A stretch of 36,393 nt of DNA, from the IMG/VR virus record IMGVR_UViG_2534682108_000013, positions 1-36,393 of that record, one strand, 5' to 3'. The position numbers and the translations under genes are program-made. Positions 35,578 through 36,393 of the stretch are shown here, in pieces. Source of the stretch: a virus. Taxonomy: Duplodnaviria > Heunggongvirae > Uroviricota > Caudoviricetes. Each line of letters opens with the position of its first letter. Within the stretch, counting starts at the first letter, position 1. The notes below the pieces were generated by a model that was given only the letters and a program-made list of their open reading frames with translations, did not search any database and was not told where the DNA came from.

Positions 35578-36393
35578 ATGATGAGCAAATCAAGCATGGA
35601 ATATTACTTCGAATTCCCCGCCTCTCGCGGGTTACAGGGGAATACGCTTATTCTTCTGATGAACGTTCCAGGGCGAACCTTATCCCGTGTACTGGCATCC
35701 GATAATTACGGACACACCCTCGATCGCTCTCAGCGCGAAATAAACAAGTCACGCGTCAAAAAGTTTTACGATTATCTGGTTACAGCAGCAGAAAATAAAG
35801 AGCCATTCATCATCCCACCACTGGTTGGAAACTGCGCTTCACATGTGGAATTCGAAGAATTCGGCAACACAAATGTCGGTGTTGTTAGGTTTCCTATGGA
35901 TGCCGAAATTAAACTTTTCGACGGTCAGCACCGCGCTGCGGGTATATCTCAGTTCTGCAGAGATAATGATGCAATCCTGCATGTACCGTTGATGATGACT
36001 CTGCTACTTCCACTGAAGACACGTCAGCAATTCTTCTCCGATATTAATAACAACGTCTCCAAGCCATCAGCCGCAATCAATATGGCTTATAACGGCAGGG
36101 ATAAAATTGCACAAGAAATGGTGTCATTCCTGTCTACTCACCCTGTGTTTTCGGAAATCACAGACTTCGAACACAACGTAGTTCCGGCCAAAAGTGATCT
36201 GTGGGTCAGCTTTAAGGCCATGAGCGATGCAACCTCAAAATTCTCCGGAAATGGGGATGACGCCATTGCAACAGGTGATATTTACGATATCTGGGAAGCA
36301 TGGCTCAAGTTTACCGCTATAGATGGCATCCGGCATGGTGTTACCCCATCCGAATACAAACGGGATTACATTCAGTTTGTAGTGGCACACTGA
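35578..36393 (+). CDS. DGQHR-domain protein (DndB-like, ParB/Srx superfamily)
   Basis: KLFDGQHRAAGI motif; AAGAGG RBS before ATGATG at 35578. Confidence 0.7.
   Translation: MMSKSSMEYYFEFPASRGLQGNTLILLMNVPGRTLSRVLASDNYGHTLDRSQREINKSRVKKFYDYLVTAAENKEPFIIPPLVGNCASHVEFEEFGNTNVGVVRFPMDAEIKLFDGQHRAAGISQFCRDNDAILHVPLMMTLLLPLKTRQQFFSDINNNVSKPSAAINMAYNGRDKIAQEMVSFLSTHPVFSEITDFEHNVVPAKSDLWVSFKAMSDATSKFSGNGDDAIATGDIYDIWEAWLKFTAIDGIRHGVTPSEYKRDYIQFVVAH

Larger units (their letters stand above)
1032..36393. mobile_element. Prophage (lambdoid regulation, HK97-type head, Mu-like contractile tail); continues beyond right edge; no integrase in window
   Basis: Contiguous phage modules: tail, head, packaging, lysis, Q/nin, replication, cro/cI immunity, early accessory genes. 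Confidence 0.9.

Noticed and set aside
1-36393. Integrase/excisionase and an intact attachment site
   Set aside because: No tyrosine or serine recombinase-like ORF found on either strand; presumably beyond the right edge or lost

Overview
The window holds the chromosomal FNT-family transporter gene yfdC (1..933), its downstream tRNA-Arg (argW-like) promoter and only the first 23 nt of the tRNA, then about 35 kb of a temperate prophage that runs past the right edge. Most phage genes are on the minus strand, transcribed right to left from a lambda-like immunity switch (cro 29678..29878 divergent from cI 29975..30685). In order they are: CII-like regulator, NUMOD4 protein, SF2 helicase, primase (frameshifted), NinG, MT-A70 adenine methylase, Q antiterminator, holin/GH19 endolysin/spanin lysis cassette, an AT-rich moron, HNH, TerS, TerL (in-frame TAG), HK97-type portal, ClpP-like protease and capsid, head-tail connectors, then a Mu-like contractile tail (sheath, tube, frameshifting chaperone, tape measure, gp43-gp48 baseplate, fiber, Tfa) and a dinI/umuD'-like pair at the left end. 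To the right of cI on the plus strand are a PL-like promoter with a boxA element, a long ORF-free leader, an AT-rich RelA/SpoT-domain gene (31788..32903), YfdP/YfdQ-like genes and a ParB-like / zinc-ribbon / DGQHR trio. No integrase is in the window. The most likely candidate for a novel system is the RelA/SpoT-domain single-gene module in the rex-equivalent slot; secondary candidates are the ParB-like/DGQHR trio, the two AT-rich morons and the arm-less UmuD'-like/DinI pair. All calls come from reading the sequence and recalling protein families; no database search was run.
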